Source: a virus. Taken from it: DNA of 41,278 nt. The stretch lies in IMG/VR virus record IMGVR_UViG_3300045988_122700; one strand, given 5' to 3'. Both the position numbers and the translations under genes were made by a program. How positions within the stretch are numbered: the first letter of the stretch is position 1; each line of letters begins with the position of its first letter. The notes beneath the pieces were generated by a model. That model made no database searches. It was not told where the DNA came from and worked only from the letters and a program-made list of their open reading frames with translations. Positions 23,530-31,827 of this stretch are shown here, in pieces.

Positions 23530-24543
23530 ATGGCAACTATTGCAGTAAAAAATCCTACAATCAAAGACGTCATTGACGGACAATCCCCTGATGGGAAAAC
23601 AGTACTTGACTTGGTTAATTTGCTTAGCCAAGAAAACCCTATCTTAGAAGATATGGTAGTTAAGGAGTGTAACCAGAATGACCAGAACAAAGAAATCGTT
23701 ACAACTTCTTTGCCGCTTATTAAAAAGCGTAAGTACAACGAAGGTGTAAAAAGCTCCAAAGGAACTCGTGCACCGATTACTGACGCAACATCTATCTACA
23801 CCGCACGATGCGAAGTCGATGTTGACTTGGCAGAATTGAATGGCTGTACTCGTGAATTCTTGATGCGTGAGAATGAAGTGTTCTTAGACGCAATGAGCAA
23901 AAGCGTTGCAACTGATTTGTTCTATGGAGCTCAGGACCCGGGCAACAATGGACTTGTTGGTCTTGCAGAGCGTTATAGCACTCTGACCCGCAAGAACTCT
24001 GATGGTAAGCTGCCGGAAACAGCAGACTATATCATTGATGCTGGCGGTACTGGTAACGACTTGACTTCCGTATGGTTTGTCGTATGGGGTTTAAAAACCT
24101 GCTTCACTATTTATCCTAAAGGCAGCAAAGCTGGTTTGGACGTTGAGCCAACAATCATGGGGGATGCTTATGATGAAAACGGTGATCCGTATCCGGCTCA
24201 TATCACCAAGTACAAACATAAAATTGGTTTGTGTGTAAAAGACTTGCGCAGCGTAGTCCGCATTGCAAACATTGATACTGTTGCACTTGCTGCAGACCCT
24301 GACAAAGCTAAATTGATTAAATACTTCATTGATGCTTTTGTTAAGATCAAAAACAAAAATTCTGGTAAGTTAGTTATTTACTGCAATGATGCAGTTTATG
24401 CTCACTTGTGGAAAATGGCTATTGATCGTAACAATGTAGAGTTTGAAGTATCCAACGTTGAAGGTAAGCCTGTGGCAACGTTCCAAGGCTATCCGCTCAA
24501 GCGTTGTGATGCAATCTTGTCTACAGAAGCACAAGTGGTTTAA
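23530..24543 (+). CDS. Major capsid protein (putative; 337 aa)
   Basis: The strong RBS is aaaggaaggtaaaaagaATG. It follows the scaffold gene. A strong terminator follows two genes downstream. Confidence 0.6.
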   Translation: MATIAVKNPTIKDVIDGQSPDGKTVLDLVNLLSQENPILEDMVVKECNQNDQNKEIVTTSLPLIKKRKYNEGVKSSKGTRAPITDATSIYTARCEVDVDLAELNGCTREFLMRENEVFLDAMSKSVATDLFYGAQDPGNNGLVGLAERYSTLTRKNSDGKLPETADYIIDAGGTGNDLTSVWFVVWGLKTCFTIYPKGSKAGLDVEPTIMGDAYDENGDPYPAHITKYKHKIGLCVKDLRSVVRIANIDTVALAADPDKAKLIKYFIDAFVKIKNKNSGKLVIYCNDAVYAHLWKMAIDRNNVEFEVSNVEGKPVATFQGYPLKRCDAILSTEAQVV

Positions 24544-24561
24544 GAAGGGAGATAAAAGAAT

Positions 24562-24936
24562 ATGTTTGATGTACAAGCAATGAATGCGAATAATGTGGCT
24601 TATGCTGCAGGTGCGCTGCCTGATGTAATCGACCTTGGCGCAGACTTCTCTAATGCCATTGACCCGAATTTGAATTATGTGGTGTCTTTGTCTGAACCTG
24701 CGGGCGCTGCAGTGACTATCACTGTGAACGCTTCTGCAAAAGAGAATATGAGCAATCCAGTAGTAGTTGCAACTGTTAAGGTGGCAGAAGGCATGAAGTA
24801 TGGCTTTGCACCGCTTGGAACAATCCCTGCACGTTACCTTGGCGCTACTGCGTCCGGCACGACTACTGGTAATATCGAAGCAGGCTTAGCCTATGGTGTG
24901 CGTAGTCCCCTTGGCGTAGGCATGGCGCAGGGGTGA
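24562..24936 (+). CDS. Hypothetical head protein (124 aa; possible decoration protein)
   Basis: The RBS is agaagggagataaaagaatATG. The protein is Ala/Gly/Val-rich. Confidence 0.45.
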   Translation: MFDVQAMNANNVAYAAGALPDVIDLGADFSNAIDPNLNYVVSLSEPAGAAVTITVNASAKENMSNPVVVATVKVAEGMKYGFAPLGTIPARYLGATASGTTTGNIEAGLAYGVRSPLGVGMAQG

Positions 24937-24940
24937 TAGT

Positions 24941-25291
24941 ATGCTGACTAAAGTATTTGCCATCTCCACGACACAGGTTAGAAAGAATGGCAAGCCAATA
25001 ACATTAACAGAAGGTAGTGTTATTGAGCTGGATTCTTCTATTGGGGACACTTATTCTAAGCGAGCCTGTAGAGTTATTGAGCAAAATAAGACTTATTCAG
25101 TTCCTGTAGAGGAATATGAAGAAGGTGAGGAAGTAGTCGAACCGAATGTTATTGACCTGGCTACTGCAAATAGAAGTGAGTTATTTGCTTTTGCGGAGGA
25201 AAATGGCATTGCGCTTCCGGCAGAGCTTCAAAAGAAGAATGTAGCAACTGAAAAACTCCGTGAAGGTATTTTGAAGGCGCTGCGAGGTTAA
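24941..25291 (+). CDS. Hypothetical protein (116 aa)
   Basis: ORF directly before the terminator. Confidence 0.45.
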   Translation: MLTKVFAISTTQVRKNGKPITLTEGSVIELDSSIGDTYSKRACRVIEQNKTYSVPVEEYEEGEEVVEPNVIDLATANRSELFAFAEENGIALPAELQKKNVATEKLREGILKALRG

Positions 25292-25297
25292 TTATTA

Positions 25298-25330
25298 GGC
25301 GGGTAGTTTTACCCGCCTTCTTCTAAATAT
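25298..25330 (+). terminator. Strong rho-independent terminator after the head module
   Basis: GGCGGGTA-gttt-TACCCGCC is a perfect 8-bp GC-rich stem. ttcttctaaatat follows. Confidence 0.6.
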
Positions 25331-25370
25331 ACAAATCAAATTTGCCTAGTTAGAAGAAGGAGTGATGAAA

Positions 25371-25991
25371 ATGTATTCGATAACTGACCTTGTAAATATG
25401 GCTCTTAAACAAATCAAGGTGAGGGAGATAATTTCACTTGATGATGAAACGGTGGAAGCTAAAGGAGCAAAGCAAACTCTGCCTATAGTTTTAGAAACCT
25501 TGCTTAATAAGACTGATTGGCGGTTTGCTAAAGTTCGTAGGGTTTTGCCGAAACTGGACAAGGATAGCATCAACAAGGAGTATGCGACCGGAAAGCTTAT
25601 GCATGAGAATGTCTATTTATATCCTGATGATGTTGTAAGGATCCGTAGCGTAACCAGTGGCAGAAAAGAAAACGTTGAATATGAGCTGCTGTCTGTGAAG
25701 CTTCATAACAGAGAAGCTTTTGTACCGGTGCTGGTGTCCAGAGAAGAAAGAATAGAACTTTCTTATACCAGATACTGCGATGAAGTTAATTTATGGCCAG
25801 CGATATTTCAACGTGCCTTTGTGCATTACTTTGCTTATAGCATGACGATGCATTCTGCTTTAGGAGATGCGCAGGCTACACAGTTGCAGCTTTATAACAT
25901 GGCTGTTAAAGAAGCAATGGCATCCAATACCAATGAAGATAAACATAGGCTCAGGCGTGACACTGGACCTCTGAAAGCGAGGGATTGGTAA
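25371..25991 (+). CDS. Virion/tail protein (putative; ~206 aa)
   Basis: aaggagtg precedes the ATG at 25371 with good spacing. ATG 25362 lies only 2 nt after the SD. Confidence 0.45.
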   Translation: MYSITDLVNMALKQIKVREIISLDDETVEAKGAKQTLPIVLETLLNKTDWRFAKVRRVLPKLDKDSINKEYATGKLMHENVYLYPDDVVRIRSVTSGRKENVEYELLSVKLHNREAFVPVLVSREERIELSYTRYCDEVNLWPAIFQRAFVHYFAYSMTMHSALGDAQATQLQLYNMAVKEAMASNTNEDKHRLRRDTGPLKARDW

Positions 25992-26860
25992 TGGCGTATA
26001 GATACTTAACGCCTAACCTGACAGGGGGCGTAGCATCAAAAGATATTCTTGCTCGGGTTGATCTTGAAAAATATGCTACATTTTTAAAGCAATGTAAGAA
26101 TGGCATTGTTAAACCTTATGGCGGCGTATATAAGCGTAATGGCACTATTTATATTGATGAACTGACCGACCAAGGTAACATTAGACTGTTTGCATTCAAA
26201 CAGGCTGACGTAGATTATCTGCTGGAGTTTACCGACAAACATTTAACGGTGCGTCAGCAAGGGGGCGTGGTTAGCGAAGTAGACAGTCCGTTTACATCAG
26301 ATGATTTGCCGAACTTGAAGGTTACTCAGTCTGCAAATACGATGTTTGTTTGTTCCGGCAGACTGCCTATTATGGAAATTCGAAATAATAACGGTACCTT
26401 TACAATCGGCAAATTGAAAATCCCTATCCCCCCTTTTGATGAATTACAGGATGGCGTGAATTTTAGTATATCTAATTCGACAGGGGATGCTACCTTATCA
26501 TCTGACGTTGATTTTTTCGATGCATCTACAGAAGCTTTGGGGGTCAAAATATTACAGCGTGTAGCGACTAAGATAGAAGACGTCACTCTTAGCGGACAGC
26601 AAACTCTTGGACCAGTAACATTATATAAGGACGCTCGAATTATTATTAGTGGGGAGTGGTCTGGAAATGTTATTTGGCAATATTCTAGTTGGAGCAGTCA
26701 GTTTCAGACTATTGGAACATATACTAGCAATGGTACTATATATTCTCCTGTATCAATCAGTGCTAACTATAGAGCATTAATTACCGTCGCAACCGGACAG
26801 GTTGCAGTGAAAATGATAAGTGAAAATTATAGCGGCGGCAGCGGAGGAGAGGGTGACTAA
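25985..26860 (+). CDS. Virion/tail protein (putative; 291 aa)
   Basis: Overlapping start and stop codons with its neighbours indicate translational coupling. Confidence 0.5.
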   Translation: MVMAYRYLTPNLTGGVASKDILARVDLEKYATFLKQCKNGIVKPYGGVYKRNGTIYIDELTDQGNIRLFAFKQADVDYLLEFTDKHLTVRQQGGVVSEVDSPFTSDDLPNLKVTQSANTMFVCSGRLPIMEIRNNNGTFTIGKLKIPIPPFDELQDGVNFSISNSTGDATLSSDVDFFDASTEALGVKILQRVATKIEDVTLSGQQTLGPVTLYKDARIIISGEWSGNVIWQYSSWSSQFQTIGTYTSNGTIYSPVSISANYRALITVATGQVAVKMISENYSGGSGGEGD

Positions 26861-28536
26861 TGGTAGAAATACAAGGCACATATTCAGGTCAGAATACGAA
26901 AGAATTTTTCGTCGGCGATAGCCTAAATCTCCTCACCAAAGGAACTTGGACAGGAACTATAATACTCCAGCGAAGGGCTAAACTTTCAGATGAGTTTGTA
27001 GATTACAGAAAATATTATTCTACCAATGATTTTAACGTCAATGAAAGCTTTACAGAAGATGGTGATGGGCATTATTACCGTTTGGCTTTAGATATCAACA
27101 GCGGTTCGGCAACGGTTAGGATCACAAATTATGGCTATACAAATGAAGGGATTGCCTACATTAAAGAAGTAGTTGATTCAAAAAACGCCATAGTGGAAAT
27201 ACAGAAAAGCTTTGCGACAGATGCAATAGCAGAAGGGTATTATATTAGTTTGTTCTCAGCCGTAAATGGCTATCCAAAATGCGCAGATTTCTTTCAGGAT
27301 AGATTGGTATTGGCAAATATAAACAGTAAGCCTAATGGTATTTGGTTTAGCAAGAGCGGTGATTACACCAATTTTGATGAAGTAATAAAAGACGGGACAT
27401 TGACTGATGACAGTGCTATAAATACAAGTGTTGTCGCCCGGAATGATTATAATATCAAGAATATTATTGCAGCAAAAGACTTGTGCGTATTTACCGGCGA
27501 CGATGAAAGAATCGTTAGCGATGGTGCGACGGTAACACCTACAAGTATTAATATACGCAGACAGTCTTCGTGGGGTAGCACTGATAAGCATGTTCCGTTT
27601 GTAGCAGATAATCGGGTTCTTTATATACAGAGCAATAATAAATTCTTGCGTGACTTTGGTTATACATATGAAACAGACGGCTATACCGGCAACGAATTAA
27701 CGCTGTTCGTCCATGACATTATTGATTCTGAGGTCAAAGATTATTCATATGCAAAGTATCCTGAGAACCTTATTTACTTTGTGCTGGATAGTGGAAAGAT
27801 GATTTGCCTGACTTACCTGGTCAATGAGAAGGTTTTTGCATGGAGCGAGTTTGTAACGGATGGGAAGATAAAACAAGTTGAAACTATCTCTGAAAATGGT
27901 GATGATGTTATTTATATTGTCGTAAGCCGTGATGGTAAAAGGTACCTTGAAAAACTTGCTTTTGATATGCTGTCAAGCAGACCTATTGATTATGTAATGT
28001 TAGACTGCAGTACAATATTTACAGATAGTGATGGGCAAGGAATTAAAATACCAAGGCTGGCTAATAAGTTGGTTTGGGTGGTTACAAGCGGCGATATGTT
28101 GAACGTAAAAGCACAGACGGCAGACGCAGAAGGGAATATCGCTATTGAGCCGGCTGAAAGCGGGGTATATGGAAAGATTATTGTCGGACTTCCTTATGAA
28201 TTTGTTTTGGAGTTGCCGGCAGTACATGTCACGACCAAAGGGCGGGGTAGTTCTATCGGGACTATTAAATCAGTTACCTCTGTGACAATGGAACTTCGAG
28301 AGAGCTATTATGGTGATGTTTATGCAAGGGAAGGTCTGCGTCCGAATCCTATTTTCAGTACAGTTAGGAGGCAGCTAAGCGCATTGACACCTGAACTTCA
28401 AGTGGAACTTTATACTGGACTGGTTGAAGTACCTATATCTTCTGATTCCAATACAGAAGGCGGCATAGTGATAAAACATGACGAGCCGTATCCGTTTAAG
28501 CTACTTTCCATTGCAAGGGATGTTGATATGTCGTGA
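26860..28536 (+). CDS. Large tail/virion protein (558 aa)
   Basis: TAATG overlap with the previous gene. Size and position fit a tail tubular or adaptor protein of a short-tailed phage. Confidence 0.5.
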   Translation: MVEIQGTYSGQNTKEFFVGDSLNLLTKGTWTGTIILQRRAKLSDEFVDYRKYYSTNDFNVNESFTEDGDGHYYRLALDINSGSATVRITNYGYTNEGIAYIKEVVDSKNAIVEIQKSFATDAIAEGYYISLFSAVNGYPKCADFFQDRLVLANINSKPNGIWFSKSGDYTNFDEVIKDGTLTDDSAINTSVVARNDYNIKNIIAAKDLCVFTGDDERIVSDGATVTPTSINIRRQSSWGSTDKHVPFVADNRVLYIQSNNKFLRDFGYTYETDGYTGNELTLFVHDIIDSEVKDYSYAKYPENLIYFVLDSGKMICLTYLVNEKVFAWSEFVTDGKIKQVETISENGDDVIYIVVSRDGKRYLEKLAFDMLSSRPIDYVMLDCSTIFTDSDGQGIKIPRLANKLVWVVTSGDMLNVKAQTADAEGNIAIEPAESGVYGKIIVGLPYEFVLELPAVHVTTKGRGSSIGTIKSVTSVTMELRESYYGDVYAREGLRPNPIFSTVRRQLSALTPELQVELYTGLVEVPISSDSNTEGGIVIKHDEPYPFKLLSIARDVDMS

Positions 28537-28985
28537 TCGAGTTAAAAGACTACAGCGAAGAAATGCTGGAAGATGTGCGGTACATTTTTCATAATCTTAG
28601 ACCGGACGATCAGAAAATGTTTGCTGATTCTCCTGATGTGGAAGAAAACATAAGGCTGCACATAGAAAAAAGCTGTGAGATGAAAATAGTATATATAAAT
28701 GATAAGCCAGTATGTCTTTTCGGGGTAACAGAAAGATACCCTGTTTTAAAATGGCGATACATGGCTTTTCATTTTGGGACAGATGAAGTTGACCGGCACA
28801 AAAAGAGTTTTGTAAAAATAGGCCGAGAGGTTATCGAAGGATGGCTGAATAAATACGGAAATTTATATATGGCGGCCTACAGTTATTACAAAAAGTCTTT
28901 TGTTATGGCAAAAGCGTTCGGATTTAAGTTTAAATTCAATGTTCATGAGATTTATATATTTACAAAGGAAAAACCACAGGCATAA
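28533..28985 (+). CDS. Hypothetical protein (150 aa)
   Basis: ATGTCGTGA overlap with the upstream gene. Confidence 0.45.
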   Translation: MIELKDYSEEMLEDVRYIFHNLRPDDQKMFADSPDVEENIRLHIEKSCEMKIVYINDKPVCLFGVTERYPVLKWRYMAFHFGTDEVDRHKKSFVKIGREVIEGWLNKYGNLYMAAYSYYKKSFVMAKAFGFKFKFNVHEIYIFTKEKPQA

Positions 28986-29088
28986 ATAACCTGTGGCAAG
29001 CGAAATGATTATTGAGAATATAAGCTGTCGAACAAAGAAGTAAAACACGCCATAGGCGAAATATGAAGATAATAAAAGGGGTGATGAT

Positions 29089-29733
29089 ATGTCAGCAGTA
29101 ATGGCTGTAATGCAAGGGGTAATGACGTTTGCCCAGGGGAACCAGCAGGCATCGCAGATGAAAGCACAGGCTCAGCAAGCCGAGTATCAGGCACAGGCAG
29201 AGAGGGCCAATGCCCAGATCGCAGAACGAAACAGAGAAGTAGCGGGAGCTAATGCCGCCGAGGAGTTGCGGGGCGCACGCAACAGGAAAGATTTAGTTGC
29301 CGGGCAAAATACAGCGGCTCTAGCCAGTGCTGGGTTTGAAAGTGACAGCGGTCTGGGGGCGGCTCTTGACAGAGCGAACATAGGTAGCTTTGAACAACAG
29401 ACAGAGAAAATCCGGCAGAATTTATTTACAAGTGACCTTGACCTGCGGCAGGAAGTTGCTAACCGCAATCAGGCTGCAGCTGCTGCCGACGCTACGGCGA
29501 AGAACTTGCGGAGTGCTGCTAAAAACACCAGGCGTATGGCGATTCTCGGAGGAGTACTTACTACTGCGAGCGGATTACTGGGTGGCGGTGGCAAGGCAAG
29601 TAAGGGAGCTTCAAGCGGCGGGGCACAATCTTATGGCTTAGGCCCGAATGGCTATCAATGGGGAGCCAACAATCATATTGGATTCCAGACAGTCAGCAAG
29701 AATTATAAAACTGTTTATGGAAATAGTTTTTAG
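29089..29733 (+). CDS. Ala/Gln-rich virion internal protein (214 aa)
   Basis: The RBS is aaaggggtgatgatATG. The composition is low-complexity A/Q/G-rich, typical of ejected internal proteins. Confidence 0.45.
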   Translation: MSAVMAVMQGVMTFAQGNQQASQMKAQAQQAEYQAQAERANAQIAERNREVAGANAAEELRGARNRKDLVAGQNTAALASAGFESDSGLGAALDRANIGSFEQQTEKIRQNLFTSDLDLRQEVANRNQAAAAADATAKNLRSAAKNTRRMAILGGVLTTASGLLGGGGKASKGASSGGAQSYGLGPNGYQWGANNHIGFQTVSKNYKTVYGNSF

Positions 29734-29747
29734 TATGAGGTGTTTAT

Positions 29748-31823
29748 ATGGCTAATTTAACAATAAAAAACAATTCATATGAGCCAATAGCCCTGCGGCA
29801 ACAGCAGGCCAAGGTTGGATATGAAGGTGCTAAGATAGTAGACCAGAGCGGGGTTTATGCTCAGGCTGGCGAAGCGTTTAAAAAAGTAAACGCAATGGTA
29901 ATAGCGAAAGAAGAATCTGATGAAGCAGAACGTGTTTTATTGGCAAGCAGTGAAGTTACTAAGCGACTTTCTGATTTAAAAATCAATATTGAATCTAATA
30001 TGCAAGGCAGCAATGCTAAAAATGCTAAAGCTCTATATGAACAGAAAGCCCAAGCTATCATGGATGAAGTTTATGCAGGTAGCGGTATAAAGTATAAAAC
30101 CGGAGAAAATATGTTTCGTCATAGTGCGATAAATGCAGTTGTAAAAGGTAGCCATTGGGCAGGGCAATGGGAGAACAACCAGGTCACAGAAGCCCGGAAG
30201 GTTACATATGGACTTGCGCTAGACGAGAACATAAACAATGTTATTGCTGGTTCGATGAGCCCTGAAGAAGCTTACGAATTTTCAAAAATACAAGGTAAGC
30301 ACCTTTTTGCCAATCTCGCCCCAGAACAAATGGCTCTTATAGACAAAGCTCGAGCGGATAAATTTGCAAATACGCTGGTTACAGCAGCCATAGAAAGAAA
30401 TGACTATGAATCTGCTCAGGCAGTGTTTGATTACTTAAAAAAAGACATGACATCAGAAAGTAGGGCTAAGCTTGATGCTGCGATTTACACTAATCAGGAA
30501 TATAGCGAAAATAAATCATTGGCCACAGCTTTAGCAGATAGTGGCATTACTGACCCCGAAGGGATGAGGGTCTTTCTAGCAGATAAAGCTGGAGTTAGTA
30601 ATGCTAACTTGGCTTTTAATCCAGGGGTTAGCTTCAAAGGAGCACAGGATGTAACTGTTACAGGGACGCAAGCACTTGTGGGCATACTGTCGCAGATGGG
30701 CATTGGGGATATAGTAATCACTAGCATTAATGACAGTTTAGAACTTCATGCCGGCAGTGGTGGAAAAAGAACTCACGCAGGCGGATACAAGATTGATATA
30801 GCTAGTGATGCTCTTGCGGCTATGACGCCTAAACAAAGATATGCTGTTAAAGCTCAAATAGAGAGGGCATTGCCTGGTGTAGTTGTTCTTAATGAGTATG
30901 ACGAGCCTTCTGCAAACTCTACCGGCAGGCATTTTGATATTGACTTCACTGATTACAAAGGTTCTAAAGGCATTGGCATGAGTGAAATGCGAATGGATAA
31001 AATTATATCTCAAGCATCTTCAATAAGGGCTGATAGAGAACGCCAGCAAAAAGCTCAGGCAGATGCCGCATTTAGTTCTACAGTTGATACGCTTTACAAT
31101 ATGTACAAAAGTGGCGTTTCTTATGAAGATGCACTTGGCCAAATTAAAACAATGGTTGGAGCTAACTATAAGTTAGGTAAGAACTTTGAAACGGCTGCTA
31201 AATTTTTCTGGGGTGATGATGCTAAAACCGTAGGGCCGGGTGGAAGTGCAAAAAAGGCTTCTACTACAACTGTTACAAGGGTTAATGATATGTTATCTGA
31301 TGGCAAGTTTAGCAACAGAGAAGAATACCTTGCCTTTGCGCAAGCACAGGGATTGAATCCCGACCAAATATATGAGGCTAATAAAACATATGATAAATAC
31401 GAAAAAGGGGAAGGCATATTCGCTTATGATTGGAACAATGATATTAAGCGACAAATTGTAGGGGATATAGAGAATAATGCTGCGAAAGAGGCTGCATGGA
31501 TAGGAGCATTGCCACTTTTGAAAGAGAGGGTCCAGCTTGAAACACAGAAAACAGGAACAGTACCACCTGTTTTTGAGGTTGTTTCATGGGGGAGAGAATA
31601 TATTGCAAAGAAACCTGTTGGGACGATGGAAGCGAGAGGTACGTTCTTAAATAGCACTGAATTAGTTGAATTAAGCCAGGCTGACTATCGGCGCAGCGGA
31701 ATTGATAGCGTTGTGCATATCCAAAATGCAGATGGCACTGGACAGGATCTTTATGAAGTTCATTTAACTAATGGGACTGTTCAAGTCATGAATGCCGCTA
31801 AACTATACACTATAACGAGGTGA
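29748..31823 (+). CDS. Virion internal/ejection protein (691 aa)
   Basis: The RBS is tgaggtgtttatATG. It directly precedes the giant protein gene. Confidence 0.5.
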   Translation: MANLTIKNNSYEPIALRQQQAKVGYEGAKIVDQSGVYAQAGEAFKKVNAMVIAKEESDEAERVLLASSEVTKRLSDLKINIESNMQGSNAKNAKALYEQKAQAIMDEVYAGSGIKYKTGENMFRHSAINAVVKGSHWAGQWENNQVTEARKVTYGLALDENINNVIAGSMSPEEAYEFSKIQGKHLFANLAPEQMALIDKARADKFANTLVTAAIERNDYESAQAVFDYLKKDMTSESRAKLDAAIYTNQEYSENKSLATALADSGITDPEGMRVFLADKAGVSNANLAFNPGVSFKGAQDVTVTGTQALVGILSQMGIGDIVITSINDSLELHAGSGGKRTHAGGYKIDIASDALAAMTPKQRYAVKAQIERALPGVVVLNEYDEPSANSTGRHFDIDFTDYKGSKGIGMSEMRMDKIISQASSIRADRERQQKAQADAAFSSTVDTLYNMYKSGVSYEDALGQIKTMVGANYKLGKNFETAAKFFWGDDAKTVGPGGSAKKASTTTVTRVNDMLSDGKFSNREEYLAFAQAQGLNPDQIYEANKTYDKYEKGEGIFAYDWNNDIKRQIVGDIENNAAKEAAWIGALPLLKERVQLETQKTGTVPPVFEVVSWGREYIAKKPVGTMEARGTFLNSTELVELSQADYRRSGIDSVVHIQNADGTGQDLYEVHLTNGTVQVMNAAKLYTITR

Positions 31824-31827
31824 GGTT

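Noticed and set aside
29187-29641. ORFs 29187-29468 (-) and 29390-29641 (+)
   Set aside because: They lie within the GC-richer A/Q-rich internal-protein gene, where stop codons are scarce in all frames.
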